Source: Mageeibacillus sp. UBA5734
Lineage (GTDB): Bacteria; Bacillota; Clostridia; Saccharofermentanales; UBA5734
Direction of reading: 5' to 3'
Assembly: GCA_002419365.1 (NCBI GenBank)
Contig: DIGA01000116.1
Span: forward strand, 6,826-70,825
Length of the DNA stretch: 64,000 bases
A model generated the notes under the pieces. That model saw nothing but the letters and a program-made list of their open reading frames with translations. It had not been told where the DNA came from and searched no databases. This document shows positions 1-10,597 of the stretch, piece after piece. The translations under genes and the position numbers were made by a program. Each line of letters starts with the position of its first letter. Position 1 is the first letter of the stretch.

Positions 1-171
1 CCGATGGCCACCTTATTTTCAATGATCATTGGTGTGGCTGCCTACGGCCTGGGCGGTATCCTCGTCGGACCGGTTATCCTGGTCATCGCCAAGGAAATCA
101 TGGCCCAGTTCGGATTTGACCAGAAACTGCGCCATATGATCGGGGACTTGTTATCGAGGATTTTTGACTGA
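1..171 (+). CDS. 3' end of an integral membrane protein gene (AI-2E/YtvI-like permease tail); 5' end lies outside the window
   Basis: Frame 1 is open from the window edge to TGA at 169-171. The tail PMATLFSMIIGVAAYGLGGILVGPVILVIAKEIMAQFGFDQKLRHMIGDLLSRIFD reads as a last TM helix plus a short tail. Family call is by resemblance only. Confidence 0.4.
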   Translation, partial: PMATLFSMIIGVAAYGLGGILVGPVILVIAKEIMAQFGFDQKLRHMIGDLLSRIFD

Positions 172-177
172 ACGATC

Positions 178-203
178 AAAAAGCCGGCTCACACCGGCTT
201 TTT
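178..203. terminator. bidirectional intrinsic terminator between the permease fragment and the U32 gene
   Basis: A-run, stem AGCCGG (182-187), loop ctcaca, stem CCGGCT (194-199), then T-run to 203. It is usable on both strands. Confidence 0.55.
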
Positions 204-1489
204 CATTTTCCCTTGTCCTGACTCGGGGTGTCCTTGTCTCCCAGTCGCCGGATGAAAGACCCTGGTGCGACAGGTTGGGGAACGGGCAGGAAATAATACA
301 TTTTCGGATGGGGTGTACTGGTGATGGGCTGGCGTTCCAAGTCCAGCAATCCCTGGACGACGAGCTCCAGATGGCGGCCCTTGGGCTGGACCAGTTCAAC
401 CGTTTCACCGGCACTGACTTTGTTGCGCTGCTGGACGAATGCCAGGCCACTGTCTGGCAAGTAGGCTTCGACGACACCGATAACAGCCGCTTCCCGAACT
501 TGTGTATCCTGGAGGAAGATTTTGGAGTCTTCAGCAGGGCGGTGGAAATAAAACCCGGTGTCAAATGGCCGGTGTACTGTCTTGCTCAGGTCAGACAACC
601 AGGCCGGATCGACCGTGTAGTGTCCGGGATCGGCCAGGTACTGGTCGATGGCCTCACGGTAGGCTTTGACGACGGTCGCCACGTAAAAGGCGCTCTTGAC
701 CCGGCCTTCGATCTTGAAGCTGTCGATTCCTGCCGCGTGCAGCGCGGGCAGGTGCTCGATCATGCACAGGTCGCGCGAATTCATCAGGTAGGTTCCACGT
801 TCATCTTCCGTCATCAGCAGGGGTTGGTCAGGGCGCTTGACCTCACGCACTTCGTATTCCCAGCGGCAGGATTGGGCGCATTCCCCCTGGTTGGCCCCGC
901 GGCCAGTCAGGAAATTGGACAGCAGGCAGCGCCCGGAATAAGCCATGCACATCGCGCCATGGACAAAGGCTTCCAGCTCGATCTCTGGCGGTGCCAGGTC
1001 CCGGATGGCCCTGATTTCATCGAGGCCCAGCTCCCGGGCCAGGACGATGCGGCAGGCACCCTGTCGAGCCCAGAAACGGACGGATTCGGCATTGGTTACA
1101 CTGGCCTGGGTGCTGATGTGGATGGGTATTTCCGGGGCCTCTTCCCTGGCTACGGCGAAAATCCCAGGATCGGAAATGATCAGCGCATCCGGGCCGATTG
1201 GACGGATCGCCCGCATAAACTCACGCAGGGCAGGCATGTCCGCAGGATGGGCCAGGATATTGGCTGCGACATAGGTCTTGACCTGATGCGCATGGGCATA
1301 CTGAATGGCATCTGACACTTCTTCCAAGGTGAAATTGCCGCTCTGGGCGCGCAGGCTGAACAGCTTGCTGCCCAGATAGACCGCATCAGCCCCATAGGCG
1401 ATGGCGGTCTCCAGTTTTTTCCAGTCACCGGCCGGGGCGAGAAGCTCCGGCCGCTTTCCTGGCACTGAACGGACAGATCGGTCAGCCAT
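203..1489 (-). CDS. peptidase U32 family protein
   Basis: ORF 203-1654 carries the U32 N-terminal block PELLAPAGDWKKLETAIAYGADAVYLG. Start moved to ATG 1489 (MADRSV...), which gives an ATGGCTGA overlap with the mltG stop at 1482. Confidence 0.85.
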   Translation of the reverse strand: MADRSVRSVPGKRPELLAPAGDWKKLETAIAYGADAVYLGSKLFSLRAQSGNFTLEEVSDAIQYAHAHQVKTYVAANILAHPADMPALREFMRAIRPIGPDALIISDPGIFAVAREEAPEIPIHISTQASVTNAESVRFWARQGACRIVLARELGLDEIRAIRDLAPPEIELEAFVHGAMCMAYSGRCLLSNFLTGRGANQGECAQSCRWEYEVREVKRPDQPLLMTEDERGTYLMNSRDLCMIEHLPALHAAGIDSFKIEGRVKSAFYVATVVKAYREAIDQYLADPGHYTVDPAWLSDLSKTVHRPFDTGFYFHRPAEDSKIFLQDTQVREAAVIGVVEAYLPDSGLAFVQQRNKVSAGETVELVQPKGRHLELVVQGLLDLERQPITSTPHPKMYYFLPVPQPVAPGSFIRRLGDKDTPSQDKGK

Positions 1490-2636
1490 TATTTTCCTGG
1501 TTATCCAGACTGGCAGCCTGGTATTTGGCCACCTTGGCATTATGCTCATCGAGCGTATAGGAAAAGTCGCTGCTGCCTGTCTCGTCACCCTTGGAGACAA
1601 AGTAGAGGTAATCGTGGCTGGCCGGCCACAGGGCAGCCTTGATCGCCAGATCACCCGGCGAGCAGATCGGCCCTGGTGGCAAGCCTTGATTCGTGTACGT
1701 ATTGTATGGACCTGTTATGGCATCAATGTCCGCCTGGGACAGCCAGAGTTTCGTTTCCAGGCCAGCTTCCTTGCGCATATAATTGATGGTCGCATCCGTT
1801 CCCAGGGGCATCTCCCGATCCAATCGGTTCCAGAAGACTTCGGAAATCGTGCGCATTTCCTCATTGAGGGACGTCTCGATCTGGATGATCGAGGCCAGGG
1901 TGATGGCCTCATCCAGCGAGATCCCCTGGGCTTGAGCCTGGTCGAAATACTTGTCCTGCAGTTTTTTCCCGGCATTGTTGAGGAAGGTGCGGATGATGGT
2001 CTCTTCATCCGTGTTCATGTCAAATTCGTAGGTGTCCGGATAGAGGTAGCCCTGGAGCAGCCAATCGCGGCCTGGCTTCGGATCAATGGCAGCAACAAAC
2101 GGGTAGTCGATGAATAGCTGAGGATTCTTCATCAGGCTGTCGAGCCGCTTTTCATCAAAGCTGACACCAGCAGCTGCCAGGCGTTCCTTGACCTCGCTGT
2201 AAGTCAGGCCTTCCGGGAACGTCACCCGGACGGCAATCGGCTTTTGGGTCAGGATGTACATGATCTCATCATAGCTCATGTCATCCGTGACATAATGCGT
2301 TCCAGCCAGGTAGGCACCATCAAAGCCATTGAATTTCGACAGGACCGTGAAAACCAGCGGATTGCTGATCACCTTGCGATCCTGGAGGATTTCAGCGATA
2401 TCTGCCGTATCTGCCGCGCGGGGAATGTAGATCTCGATCGCGCCCTTGGTGTCCTTGCCGATTTTGAACTTGTTTTCGTCTTCGGGCTTCAAGAACTCGG
2501 CATCGAGCTGGTCAAAGCGTGTGTTCTGCGAGATGACATAGGTCATGCCAAAATAGAAGCCGATGGCGGAAATCACCAGCAGAACAAAAATTGTGACAAC
2601 GGTCATCAGGGTGCGTTTGACGCGGCGAGCCAGCAT
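1482..2636 (-). CDS. mltG: endolytic murein transglycosylase MltG (YceG-like)
   Basis: N-terminal TM anchor (LMTVVTIFVLLVISAIGFYFG) followed by YceG-type motifs LGTDATINY and GLPPGPICSPG. Confidence 0.85.
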   Translation of the reverse strand: MLARRVKRTLMTVVTIFVLLVISAIGFYFGMTYVISQNTRFDQLDAEFLKPEDENKFKIGKDTKGAIEIYIPRAADTADIAEILQDRKVISNPLVFTVLSKFNGFDGAYLAGTHYVTDDMSYDEIMYILTQKPIAVRVTFPEGLTYSEVKERLAAAGVSFDEKRLDSLMKNPQLFIDYPFVAAIDPKPGRDWLLQGYLYPDTYEFDMNTDEETIIRTFLNNAGKKLQDKYFDQAQAQGISLDEAITLASIIQIETSLNEEMRTISEVFWNRLDREMPLGTDATINYMRKEAGLETKLWLSQADIDAITGPYNTYTNQGLPPGPICSPGDLAIKAALWPASHDYLYFVSKGDETGSSDFSYTLDEHNAKVAKYQAASLDNQENNG

Positions 2637-2645
2637 ATTACCTCA

Positions 2646-4493
2646 TCAGTCGTTTTTGCGCGAGCGTTGCTTGGCCCGCATCTCGGAGTTGAGGATCCGC
2701 TTTCTCAGGCGGATCGTCTTGGGGGTGACCTCAATCAGCTCGTCGTCCGAGACGAACTCCAGATGCTGCTCAAGGCTCATCTGGACCGGCGGGACGAGCC
2801 GCAACGCATCATCCGAGCCGGATGCGCGCATGTTGGTGACATGTTTTTTCTTGCAGACGTTGACGACAATGTCTTCGTTTTTGGGATTGGCACCGACCAC
2901 CATGCCTTCATAAACGGGCGTTCCGGCACCGATGAAAAGGTTGCCGCGCTCTTGGGCGTTATACAGGCCATAGGCCACGGCATCGCCGGATTCCCAGGCG
3001 ACAAGGACGCCGTGGGACCGGGTCTCGATTTCACCTTTCCAAGGTTCAAACCCGCTGATAACGCTGTTCATTATACCATTGCCCTTGGTGTCGGTCAAAA
3101 ACTCGGTCCGGTAACCGATCAGGCCACGCGACGGAATCGTGAACTCCAGGCGGGAATAACCCTTTTCCGGCGGCAGCATGTTGGTCAGTTCAGCGCGGCG
3201 GCGGCCCAGCTTTTCGATGACGGCACCGACAAAATCTTCCGGAACATCGATCATGACCATTTCAACCGGTTCACTGAGGACGCCATCGACTTCCTTGACA
3301 ATGACTTTCGGCTTGGAGACCTGGAATTCATAGCCTTCGCGGCGCATCGTCTCAATCAGGATCGAAAGGTGGAGCTCACCACGGCCTTTGACGATGAAGG
3401 ATTCGGTGGTATCAGTCTCTTCGAGCCGCATCGAGACATTGGTTTCCATTTCGCGGAACAGACGGTCACGCAGATGACGCGAGGTGACGAACTTGCCTTC
3501 CCGGCCAGCAAACGGACTGTCGTTGACTGAGAAGGTCATGGCGATGGTTGGTTCGTCGATGTCGACGAAAGGCAGCGGCTCCGCCGCACCCTGGGCGCAG
3601 ACGGTATCGCCGATGTTGATCTCGGGAATACCTGCCACGCAGACGATTTCACCGACCTGGGCGTCACTGATTTCACTGCGCCTGAGGCCTTCATAGCGGA
3701 ACAGCTTGACCACTCGGGCATTCTTGGTCGCAGAGTCATTGAAGGTGCAGACTGTGACGGTCTGGCTCTGGCTGATGGTCCCGCGCTCGACCCGGCCGAT
3801 GGCAATGCGGCCGATGTAGGAATCGTAGTCAATGTTGGAAACCAGCAGCTGCAGAGGGGCCTCAGGCTCACCCTTGGGGCACGGAATGTGGTCGACGATG
3901 GCTTCGAAAAGGGGGCGGAAATCCGCCTGGTCTTTCTTGTCGCCTTCGATATCCTTGAGGTCGAGGCAGGAGTAGCCGCTGCGTCCCGAGGCATAGATGA
4001 TCGGAAAGTCAAGCTGGTGGTCATCAGCACCCAGCTCGATGAAGAGTTCGAGCACCATGTCAACGACTTCCAGCGGCCTGGCATCCGGACGGTCGATCTT
4101 GTTGATGACCACGATCGGCTGCAGCTTCATGGCCAGGGCTTTCCTGAGCACGAAACGTGTCTGCGGCATCGGACCATCGTAGGCGTCAACGACCAGGAGC
4201 ACGCCGTCGACCATCTTGAGCACGCGTTCAACTTCGCCACCGAAGTCGGCATGCCCAGGAGTATCGACGATGTTGATCCGGTAATCGCCATAGCGGACTG
4301 CTGTGTTTTTGGCCAGGATGGTAATCCCACGCTCCCGTTCGAGGGCATTGGAGTCCATGACCTGTTCGACAACCTGCTCATTGTCCCGGAAGACACCGCT
4401 TTGCTTGAGCATGACATCGACCAGGGTGGTTTTGCCATGGTCGACGTGGGCAATGATGGCAATGTTGCGCAGGGTCTTGATTTCAGTTGACAC
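2646..4493 (-). CDS. typA: translational GTPase TypA/BipA
   Basis: GTPase motifs [20 protein letters not shown] and NKIDR; 615 aa, with EF-G-like domains. Confidence 0.95.
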   Translation of the reverse strand: MSTEIKTLRNIAIIAHVDHGKTTLVDVMLKQSGVFRDNEQVVEQVMDSNALERERGITILAKNTAVRYGDYRINIVDTPGHADFGGEVERVLKMVDGVLLVVDAYDGPMPQTRFVLRKALAMKLQPIVVINKIDRPDARPLEVVDMVLELFIELGADDHQLDFPIIYASGRSGYSCLDLKDIEGDKKDQADFRPLFEAIVDHIPCPKGEPEAPLQLLVSNIDYDSYIGRIAIGRVERGTISQSQTVTVCTFNDSATKNARVVKLFRYEGLRRSEISDAQVGEIVCVAGIPEINIGDTVCAQGAAEPLPFVDIDEPTIAMTFSVNDSPFAGREGKFVTSRHLRDRLFREMETNVSMRLEETDTTESFIVKGRGELHLSILIETMRREGYEFQVSKPKVIVKEVDGVLSEPVEMVMIDVPEDFVGAVIEKLGRRRAELTNMLPPEKGYSRLEFTIPSRGLIGYRTEFLTDTKGNGIMNSVISGFEPWKGEIETRSHGVLVAWESGDAVAYGLYNAQERGNLFIGAGTPVYEGMVVGANPKNEDIVVNVCKKKHVTNMRASGSDDALRLVPPVQMSLEQHLEFVSDDELIEVTPKTIRLRKRILNSEMRAKQRSRKND

Positions 4494-4508
4494 GTTCGGA
4501 GGTTCTCC

Positions 4509-5834
4509 TTAATCTTCTTTGTTCTTGTCGCGGAGCATGATCCAGATCGGCGTACCGGCAAAGCCATAATTTTTGCGGAACTGGTTTTCAAGGTACCGTT
4601 CATAAGAGAAATGCATCAGGTGATGGTCATTGACGAACAGGACGAATTGCGGCGGCCGGACCCCGACTTGGGTGCCATAGTAGATCTTGAGGTGGCGGCC
4701 CTTGTCCTGGGGCGTCGGAACCATGGCGGTCGATTCGTTCAGCAAGTCATTGAGCATGCCGGTCGTCAGGCGCTGGCTGGCACTGTTATGGACCTCGTTG
4801 ATCTTTTCAAAGAGGCGATGGACACGCTGGCCAGACTTGGCAGAAATAAACACGACGGGGGCATAGGCCATGAAAGGGAACTTCTCCCGTACCTGGCGCT
4901 CGTAGTTTTCCAACGTGCCGGTTTCTTTTTCGACCAGGTCCCATTTGTTGATGACCAGGATCGACGCCTTGCCGGCATTGTGGGCATAACCAGCCACTTT
5001 CGTATCCTGTTCGGTCACGCCCTCGGAGGCATCGATCAGGATCAGGCAGACCTGTGCCCGTTCGATCGCAGCCAGGGATCGGATCATGCTGTATTTTTCG
5101 ACACTCTCATCGATCCGGCTCTTTTTTCTCAGGCCAGCGGTGTCGATGAACCGGTAGCTGCCAAACTCGTTGGAGAAGTCCGAGTCGATCGCGTCGCGCG
5201 TGGTGCCAGGGATGTTGGACACGATCGAACGCTCAAAACCGAGAATCCGGTTGATGAGAGAGGATTTACCAGCATTGGGCTTGCCGATGACAGCCACCGA
5301 AATCCGTTCCTCATCCCCTTCGTGTTCAGAAGAATCCGGAAAATAGGTGAAGACTTCATCGAGCAGTTCACCAATCCCGAGGCGGTGGGCTGAGGAAATC
5401 GCAAAAATATCGCCCAGGCCGAGGTTGTAGAATTCGTAGGCATCGGGTGGTGTATCGCCGACAAAATCTGCCTTGTTGACTCCGACGACAACCGGTTTGC
5501 CAGATTTCCTGAGCATTTCGGCAATTTCTGCATCGTCTGCCGTCAGGCCAGCCTTGATGTCGACAACAAAAACGATGACATCGGCTGTGTCGATGGCGAT
5601 CTGCGCCTGCTCGCGCATGGAGCGCAAGATGATGTCGTCGGTCTTGGGCTCGATACCGCCGGTGTCGATGATCGAAAAGGGGCGGCCGCGCCATTCGGCA
5701 TCGGCATAAATCCGGTCGCGTGTGATACCCGGTTCGTCGTCAACGATCGAAACCCGCTCCCCTGCCAGGTAATTGAACAGGGTCGATTTGCCGACATTGG
5801 GCCGGCCGACGATCGCTACAATCGGTTTGCTCAT
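4509..5834 (-). CDS. der: ribosome biogenesis GTPase Der (EngA)
   Basis: Two tandem G domains (GRPNVGKSTLFN and GKPNAGKSSLIN) plus a KH-like C-terminus. Confidence 0.95.
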   Translation of the reverse strand: MSKPIVAIVGRPNVGKSTLFNYLAGERVSIVDDEPGITRDRIYADAEWRGRPFSIIDTGGIEPKTDDIILRSMREQAQIAIDTADVIVFVVDIKAGLTADDAEIAEMLRKSGKPVVVGVNKADFVGDTPPDAYEFYNLGLGDIFAISSAHRLGIGELLDEVFTYFPDSSEHEGDEERISVAVIGKPNAGKSSLINRILGFERSIVSNIPGTTRDAIDSDFSNEFGSYRFIDTAGLRKKSRIDESVEKYSMIRSLAAIERAQVCLILIDASEGVTEQDTKVAGYAHNAGKASILVINKWDLVEKETGTLENYERQVREKFPFMAYAPVVFISAKSGQRVHRLFEKINEVHNSASQRLTTGMLNDLLNESTAMVPTPQDKGRHLKIYYGTQVGVRPPQFVLFVNDHHLMHFSYERYLENQFRKNYGFAGTPIWIMLRDKNKED

Positions 5835-7222
5835 AGAGGTGCACTCCTTTTTGCATGTAGCCAGTTAAGGCCGCTGACCAGACCCTCGGCATCTGCCCGG
5901 ACAACATGGACCGGAACAGCCAGTTCATTGGCCAGGGCTTCGAGGGTGATGTCATCCAGGAAAACAGGGCTGTCTGCCTTGAGCATGCAGGCTGGGATCA
6001 AGACTTGGTCGCCTGGTTTAAGGTTTGGCTTCAACTGCCGGATCACGTCCTGTCCTGTCAATAGTCCAGTGACTGTGATGGTGTCGCCGAAAAAGTGGTT
6101 GGTGACTACAGCAGCAGTGACAGCAATCTCCATCGCCTGGCTCAGCACCTGGGCAGCTGATTCCAGGATCGGTCCGGCGAGTGTGCCGGTCACCAGCCAG
6201 ATCTGGCCCCTGGTTTGGCGTTCGAAGGATCTGCCTTCAGCGTACAGCGGTTCTCTGGCTGGGATCGGCCTCTCACCCGAGAGGTGGGCCTCAAGCGTCG
6301 CAGCAAAAAGCGAAGCCATGCCAACGCCGTTTTCCAGCTGGGGGAAATCATCATAATCCGAAGCCGCCGGCAAGGGCACCCCGCCACGCAGGTAGAATTC
6401 GTCCGATGCGTACAGAATGCGGCTGTTCGCCTCTTGGAGGAAGTGGACCTGGTAACGCTGGACGGTCTCGATCACAGCCTGGCATTCCTCTTTTGTAAAA
6501 GGTCGCATCGGAGCCAGATGATTCTCCTCGCGGAAGCGCGTGACTCCGACCGGCACGATGGCTATGCTCTGGACAGAGGGGCGCAACGAGGATAGGTCAT
6601 GCAATGTTCTTTCCAGGGCTTCCTTGTCGTTCCAGTCCGGACAGAGCACGATCTGGGTATTGAGCGCAATCCCTGCAGCTGCAATTCGTTCCAGGCGTTC
6701 CATGATCTGGCCCGATTTGGGATTTTTCATCATCCGGACCCGCAAATCCGGGTCGGTGGTATGGACCGAGATGTTCATCGGAGAGAACCGGTAGGCAATC
6801 AGGCGGTCCAGTTCCTGGTCGGTGATATTCGTCAGGGTGACGTAGTTACCGGTCAAAAAAGTCAGGCGCAGGTCATCGTCTTTGAAATACAAGGTCTTGC
6901 GCATTCCTTTGGGCAGCTGGTCAATGAAGCAGAAGACACACTTGTTGTGGCAGTGGGTGCATTCATCGAGGAGGGCTTCCTCAAACTCCAGGCCGAGATC
7001 TTCGTCTTCGTCTTTTTCGATTTCATAATCGACGACAGCACCATCCGGATGCTCGATCCGGACGACGAGTTCTTCGGCAAGCTGGCGCAGGCGATAGTCA
7101 AACACATCGCGCACCGGCTGGCCATCGATGGCAATCAACCGGTCACCGGCTGCAAGGTCCAGTTCTTCTGCGATGCTGCCTGGCTGGCAGCCTCTGATCA
7201 GCTGGCCCTCTTTCCTGGGCAT
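5831..7222 (-). CDS. DUF512 radical-SAM-type protein with N-terminal PDZ-like domain
   Basis: PDZ-like GSIAEELDLAAGDRLIAIDG and Cys cluster CTHCHNKCVFC. There is a 4-nt overlap with the der start. Confidence 0.75.
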   Translation of the reverse strand: MPRKEGQLIRGCQPGSIAEELDLAAGDRLIAIDGQPVRDVFDYRLRQLAEELVVRIEHPDGAVVDYEIEKDEDEDLGLEFEEALLDECTHCHNKCVFCFIDQLPKGMRKTLYFKDDDLRLTFLTGNYVTLTNITDQELDRLIAYRFSPMNISVHTTDPDLRVRMMKNPKSGQIMERLERIAAAGIALNTQIVLCPDWNDKEALERTLHDLSSLRPSVQSIAIVPVGVTRFREENHLAPMRPFTKEECQAVIETVQRYQVHFLQEANSRILYASDEFYLRGGVPLPAASDYDDFPQLENGVGMASLFAATLEAHLSGERPIPAREPLYAEGRSFERQTRGQIWLVTGTLAGPILESAAQVLSQAMEIAVTAAVVTNHFFGDTITVTGLLTGQDVIRQLKPNLKPGDQVLIPACMLKADSPVFLDDITLEALANELAVPVHVVRADAEGLVSGLNWLHAKRSAPL

Positions 7223-7240
7223 GTCAGTCCCCTTCCATAG

Positions 7241-7275
7241 AAAAAGCAGCGAGTCCGAATACTCATCCCCGCTGC
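7241..7275 (-). terminator. intrinsic terminator after rpmF
   Basis: On the minus strand: GCAGCG, an 18-nt loop, CGCTGC, then TTTTT (forward stems 7246-7251 and 7270-7275, forward A-run 7241-7245). Confidence 0.6.
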
Positions 7276-7331
7276 GTCATCGTTCTGTTGCCTTTTCTTC
7301 TCGTCGCAATGCTAAAAGGGTCAAAAGAAGC

Positions 7332-7511
7332 TTACTGAGCCACCTTGACGACTTCGCGGCCAGCGTAATAGCCACAAGCCTTGCAGACCTTGTGTGCCAT
7401 TTTCTTCGTGTGGCACTGCGGGCAATCAACGAGCCCCGGGACGCTCAATTTCCAGAGAGAGCGATGCCGTGAAGTTCTAGCCTTGGACCATTTCCGTTTG
7501 GGGTTTGCCAT
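7332..7511 (-). CDS. rpmF: 50S ribosomal protein L32
   Basis: 59-aa ORF, below the ORF-track cut-off: MANPKRKWSKARTSRHRSLWKLSVPGLVDCPQCHTKKMAHKVCKACGYYAGREVVKVAQ. GGAGGTG RBS lies 7 nt upstream. It sits downstream of yceD, as is usual. Confidence 0.9.
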   Translation of the reverse strand: MANPKRKWSKARTSRHRSLWKLSVPGLVDCPQCHTKKMAHKVCKACGYYAGREVVKVAQ

Positions 7512-7551
7512 TCCAATTCACCTCCATGTTGTGCGCAAGGTTAGCGTCCGG

Positions 7552-8070
7552 CTAATCCTGCAGCAGTTGTTTCAATTGACTGAAGGGGGACTCCTGGTCT
7601 GGATGATCATCCCCGCACGTGCAGTGTCCAAGGTTGAGATTCTGGCCGCAGACTGGACACAAGCCTTGGCAATCCGGACTGCAGACGATCTTTTGCGGCT
7701 CAGAAAGCAGCAGATTGTCATGCAGCGCCTGTCGGATATCTATCACATGTCCCTCGTACCGATACCCTTCCTCATCGAGGCCGGTATTGGTGGCAAGAAG
7801 GCCTGGCCGGTAATCCTCGGCGACATCGGCAGCCAGGTCACTGGTCACCGGGACGAGGCAGCGGGCACAGGGTTCTGTCAGGGTGGCGTGAAGCTTGCCA
7901 TCCAGGCGATAACTGCCCTTGCCGGTGTTTTCGATCCGCCCGGAGAACGAAATTGCCGAGAATCCGGCAGTGTCCCCAGGGTCCAAACCCAGTTCAGCTG
8001 AGCTTGGGGCCAGATCGAGTTCCAGGAAATCACCTGTATGATGTGAAATCGGCAAGATATCAATCAGCAC
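7552..8070 (-). CDS. yceD: YceD/DUF177 family protein (23S rRNA accumulation protein-like)
   Basis: C-terminal CSPDCQGLCPVCGQNLNLGHCTC zinc-ribbon-like block and position immediately upstream of rpmF. Confidence 0.8.
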   Translation of the reverse strand: MLIDILPISHHTGDFLELDLAPSSAELGLDPGDTAGFSAISFSGRIENTGKGSYRLDGKLHATLTEPCARCLVPVTSDLAADVAEDYRPGLLATNTGLDEEGYRYEGHVIDIRQALHDNLLLSEPQKIVCSPDCQGLCPVCGQNLNLGHCTCGDDHPDQESPFSQLKQLLQD

Positions 8071-8121
8071 AGGACACCTCCAAACACGCGAACAACATTA
8101 TCCCAGACTGGACGGTATCTG

Positions 8122-8553
8122 TCAACCTTTCAAGCGAATTTCCAGATCCAGTTTCTGGGTGGCCGTTTCCTGCTGGTTGAAATCGATGGAATAGCCCAGA
8201 TGAATGGACCCACCATCTGCACCAAGCGTTGACTGGGCTTTGGTGGTGTAGATTCCGATGGCCAGGTTGCCATAGGGCGTCGCCAGGTTGGTGATATGGC
8301 GGCTGCCCTGGACAAAGACCATTTCCATCTCATGACTGCCGCTTCGCAGCAAGGTCACAGTGCCATCCGAATCAACCCGGATGGTGGTCCGCGTCCCGTC
8401 AAGGCCGGTCGCTTCACTTTCATCGTACGCAACAAGCCAGCTGTCATTTTTCTTGTACAACTGGCCTTCTGTGGTCAGGCGAATGGCCTGGGGTTCTTCG
8501 TCCGCCCCCCATTGCTGGCCTTCGATGGTGATCATGGCATTGTTGTGGATCAT
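8122..8553 (-). CDS. DUF1934 (YwiB-like beta-barrel) protein
   Basis: 143 aa. The pattern of alternating beta strands (TIRVDSDGTVTLLRSG...MVFVQG...YGNLAIGIYT) is typical of DUF1934. Confidence 0.65.
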   Translation of the reverse strand: MIHNNAMITIEGQQWGADEEPQAIRLTTEGQLYKKNDSWLVAYDESEATGLDGTRTTIRVDSDGTVTLLRSGSHEMEMVFVQGSRHITNLATPYGNLAIGIYTTKAQSTLGADGGSIHLGYSIDFNQQETATQKLDLEIRLKG

Positions 8554-8565
8554 GGCAGGATTTCC

Positions 8566-9381
8566 TCAGTAACGTTCAATATCGATGCAGCCAGCGGCAA
8601 GAATCGGTTGATCCATGAAAACGCTGCCCAATTCCTGGAATTGCCGGGCATCATCGCTGGTATAGTAGGAATGACTGGCTGGTGCATCACCTTGATTGAG
8701 CAAATTCTGGCTGTGAAGGACAGATTCGACGCGGGCAGCCACCTTGGAGCCCGCATTGACTAGCCGGACGGACTGGCCCATCGTCCGGGCAATCACTGGG
8801 ACGAGCAATGGATAATGGGTACAGCCCAGGATCAAGGTATCGATCCCAGCCTTTTTGAGCGGCTGGAGATATTCATCCGCCACAGCCTGGCTGACCGGAT
8901 GGTCCCACCAGCCTTCTTCAGCGAGTCCGACAAACAGAGGGCAAGCCTGCTGGATGATCTGGGGGGTATCCGTCGAAGCGGCACGGACCGCTTCGACATA
9001 GACACCGCTGTTGACGGTTCCTTTGGTCCCGATGATGCCGATTTTCTGGTTGGTCGTCGCGGCTGCACCTGCATTTGCGCCCGGCGTGATCACTTCGATC
9101 ACCGGCACCGGGGCGAAGTTGCGCACAGCCTCAAATGCATGCGAGCTGGCAGTGTTGCAGGCAATCACGATCATCTTGACCTTTTTTTCCAGCAAAAAAC
9201 GGGCAATCTGCAGGGAATATTTGATGATGGTTTCTTTGGATTTCGTGCCATAGGGAGTCCGGCCGGAATCGCCAAAATAGATGGTGCTTTCACAGGGCAG
9301 CCGTTCATGAATGGCGCGCAGAACAGTCAACCCGCCCAGGCCTGAATCAAAAACCCCGATCGGCAAGTGGGCTGGATTCAT
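8566..9381 (-). CDS. murI: glutamate racemase
   Basis: Motifs GVFDSGLGGLTV, IVIACNTAS and LILGCTHYP. Start moved to ATG 9381, giving an ATGA overlap with the ddl stop. Confidence 0.9.
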   Translation of the reverse strand: MNPAHLPIGVFDSGLGGLTVLRAIHERLPCESTIYFGDSGRTPYGTKSKETIIKYSLQIARFLLEKKVKMIVIACNTASSHAFEAVRNFAPVPVIEVITPGANAGAAATTNQKIGIIGTKGTVNSGVYVEAVRAASTDTPQIIQQACPLFVGLAEEGWWDHPVSQAVADEYLQPLKKAGIDTLILGCTHYPLLVPVIARTMGQSVRLVNAGSKVAARVESVLHSQNLLNQGDAPASHSYYTSDDARQFQELGSVFMDQPILAAGCIDIERY

Positions 9382-10475
9382 ATCTGCTCCTGCCTCGTGC
9401 GTGATTTTTTCTCTGCGACGGCGTACTGGCACAGTTTTTTGACCAGCATCTCCAGTGGTACACCGGAAGCCGCAAAGGCTTTGGGGAAAATGCTGATCGG
9501 TGTAAAGCCCGGCAGGGTATTGATTTCATTGATCAACAGGCGATTGGTATCGCGTTCGAGGAAAAAGTCCACGCGTGACAAGCCTCTGCACCCAAGCGCT
9601 TTGTACGCCTTGATCGCCAGCCGACGCACCTTGGCCGCCAGCTCAGCCGGCAATTCAGCCGGGACCAGAACTTCGGCACCGTCAGCTTTGAAATATTTGG
9701 CTTCGTAATCGTAGTATTCGACCGATTCACTGGTGCGAACCTCACCAATCACGGCTGTTTTTGGAGATTCATTGCCCATCACGGCGACTTCAATCTCGCG
9801 CGCCCGGATGAATTCCTCGACGATCACCTGGTTATCAAACTGGCTGACAATCTTCAGGGCTTCCACCAGGCTGGTACTGTCGTCGGCCCGCTGGGTGCCA
9901 ACTGAGGATCCACCATTGTTTGGCTTGAGGAAACAGGGGTATCCGATCTTGCTTTCCACGCGGCTGGCAACCCTTTGTGGATTGCGCTCGATCTCAGACC
10001 GAGTGACGGCCAAATAGCGGCACTGTGGAATGCGTGCTGCCTTGAAAAGGATTTTGGCATGGAGCTTGTCCATTCCGGCAGCCGATGCCAGGACACCACA
10101 GCCAACATACGGAATACCTGACAGTTCCAGAAGACCTTGCAAGGTGCCATCTTCGTTATTGATGCCATGGACAGCTGGGAAAACCACATCGGGCAGCTGG
10201 GCGTGGAACTGGGTGATAAATTCACGCGGTGAACGCACAGGGACTGGCAATTGGCCAGCGGTCTGTTCCCGGGCCATTTTTTCCCAGGAACCATCGAGGA
10301 TCGCCTCATCCGGTCCTGTATAGGCCAGCCAGTCACCATTCTGGGCAATTCCTGTGCATTGGACTGAGTAGCCAGCCCGGCGCAGACCACCGACGATATT
10401 GAAAGCCGAACGCAACGAGATCACATGTTCCGTCGACACACCACCAAATAAAACCAGGACTTTCCGAATCGCCAT
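9378..10475 (-). CDS. ddl: D-alanine--D-alanine ligase
   Basis: ATP-grasp Ddl blocks (VLFGGVSTEHVISLRSA, HGINNEDGTLQGLLE, EINTLPGFT). Start moved to ATG 10475 (MAIRKV...), with an AGGTG RBS upstream. Confidence 0.9.
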   Translation of the reverse strand: MAIRKVLVLFGGVSTEHVISLRSAFNIVGGLRRAGYSVQCTGIAQNGDWLAYTGPDEAILDGSWEKMAREQTAGQLPVPVRSPREFITQFHAQLPDVVFPAVHGINNEDGTLQGLLELSGIPYVGCGVLASAAGMDKLHAKILFKAARIPQCRYLAVTRSEIERNPQRVASRVESKIGYPCFLKPNNGGSSVGTQRADDSTSLVEALKIVSQFDNQVIVEEFIRAREIEVAVMGNESPKTAVIGEVRTSESVEYYDYEAKYFKADGAEVLVPAELPAELAAKVRRLAIKAYKALGCRGLSRVDFFLERDTNRLLINEINTLPGFTPISIFPKAFAASGVPLEMLVKKLCQYAVAEKKSRTRQEQI

Positions 10476-10553
10476 TGATACGATACACCTCTCGATCACC
10501 GGCACATGGACAGCAGGAACAAGCCATCCAGCGGCCGGGTCAATATCCGATTC

Positions 10554-10582
10554 AGTTTAGCCCAGAGACCGGAGGTGGTCAA
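10554..10582 (-). promoter_or_regulatory. candidate sigma-A promoter for ddl
   Basis: On the minus strand: TTGACC (10577-10582), 17 nt, TAAACT (10554-10559). Confidence 0.35.
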
Positions 10583-10597
10583 GGAGTGGCAGGTTGA

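Noticed and set aside
164-1315. 383-aa plus-strand ORF, together with similar long antisense ORFs at 2244-3530, 18083-19183, 23387-24298, 21765-22652, 22713-23318 and 61184-62128
   Set aside because: Each is the reverse frame of a confidently identified gene (U32, typA, ackA, tyrS, tmcAL, katG). None has a recognisable domain.
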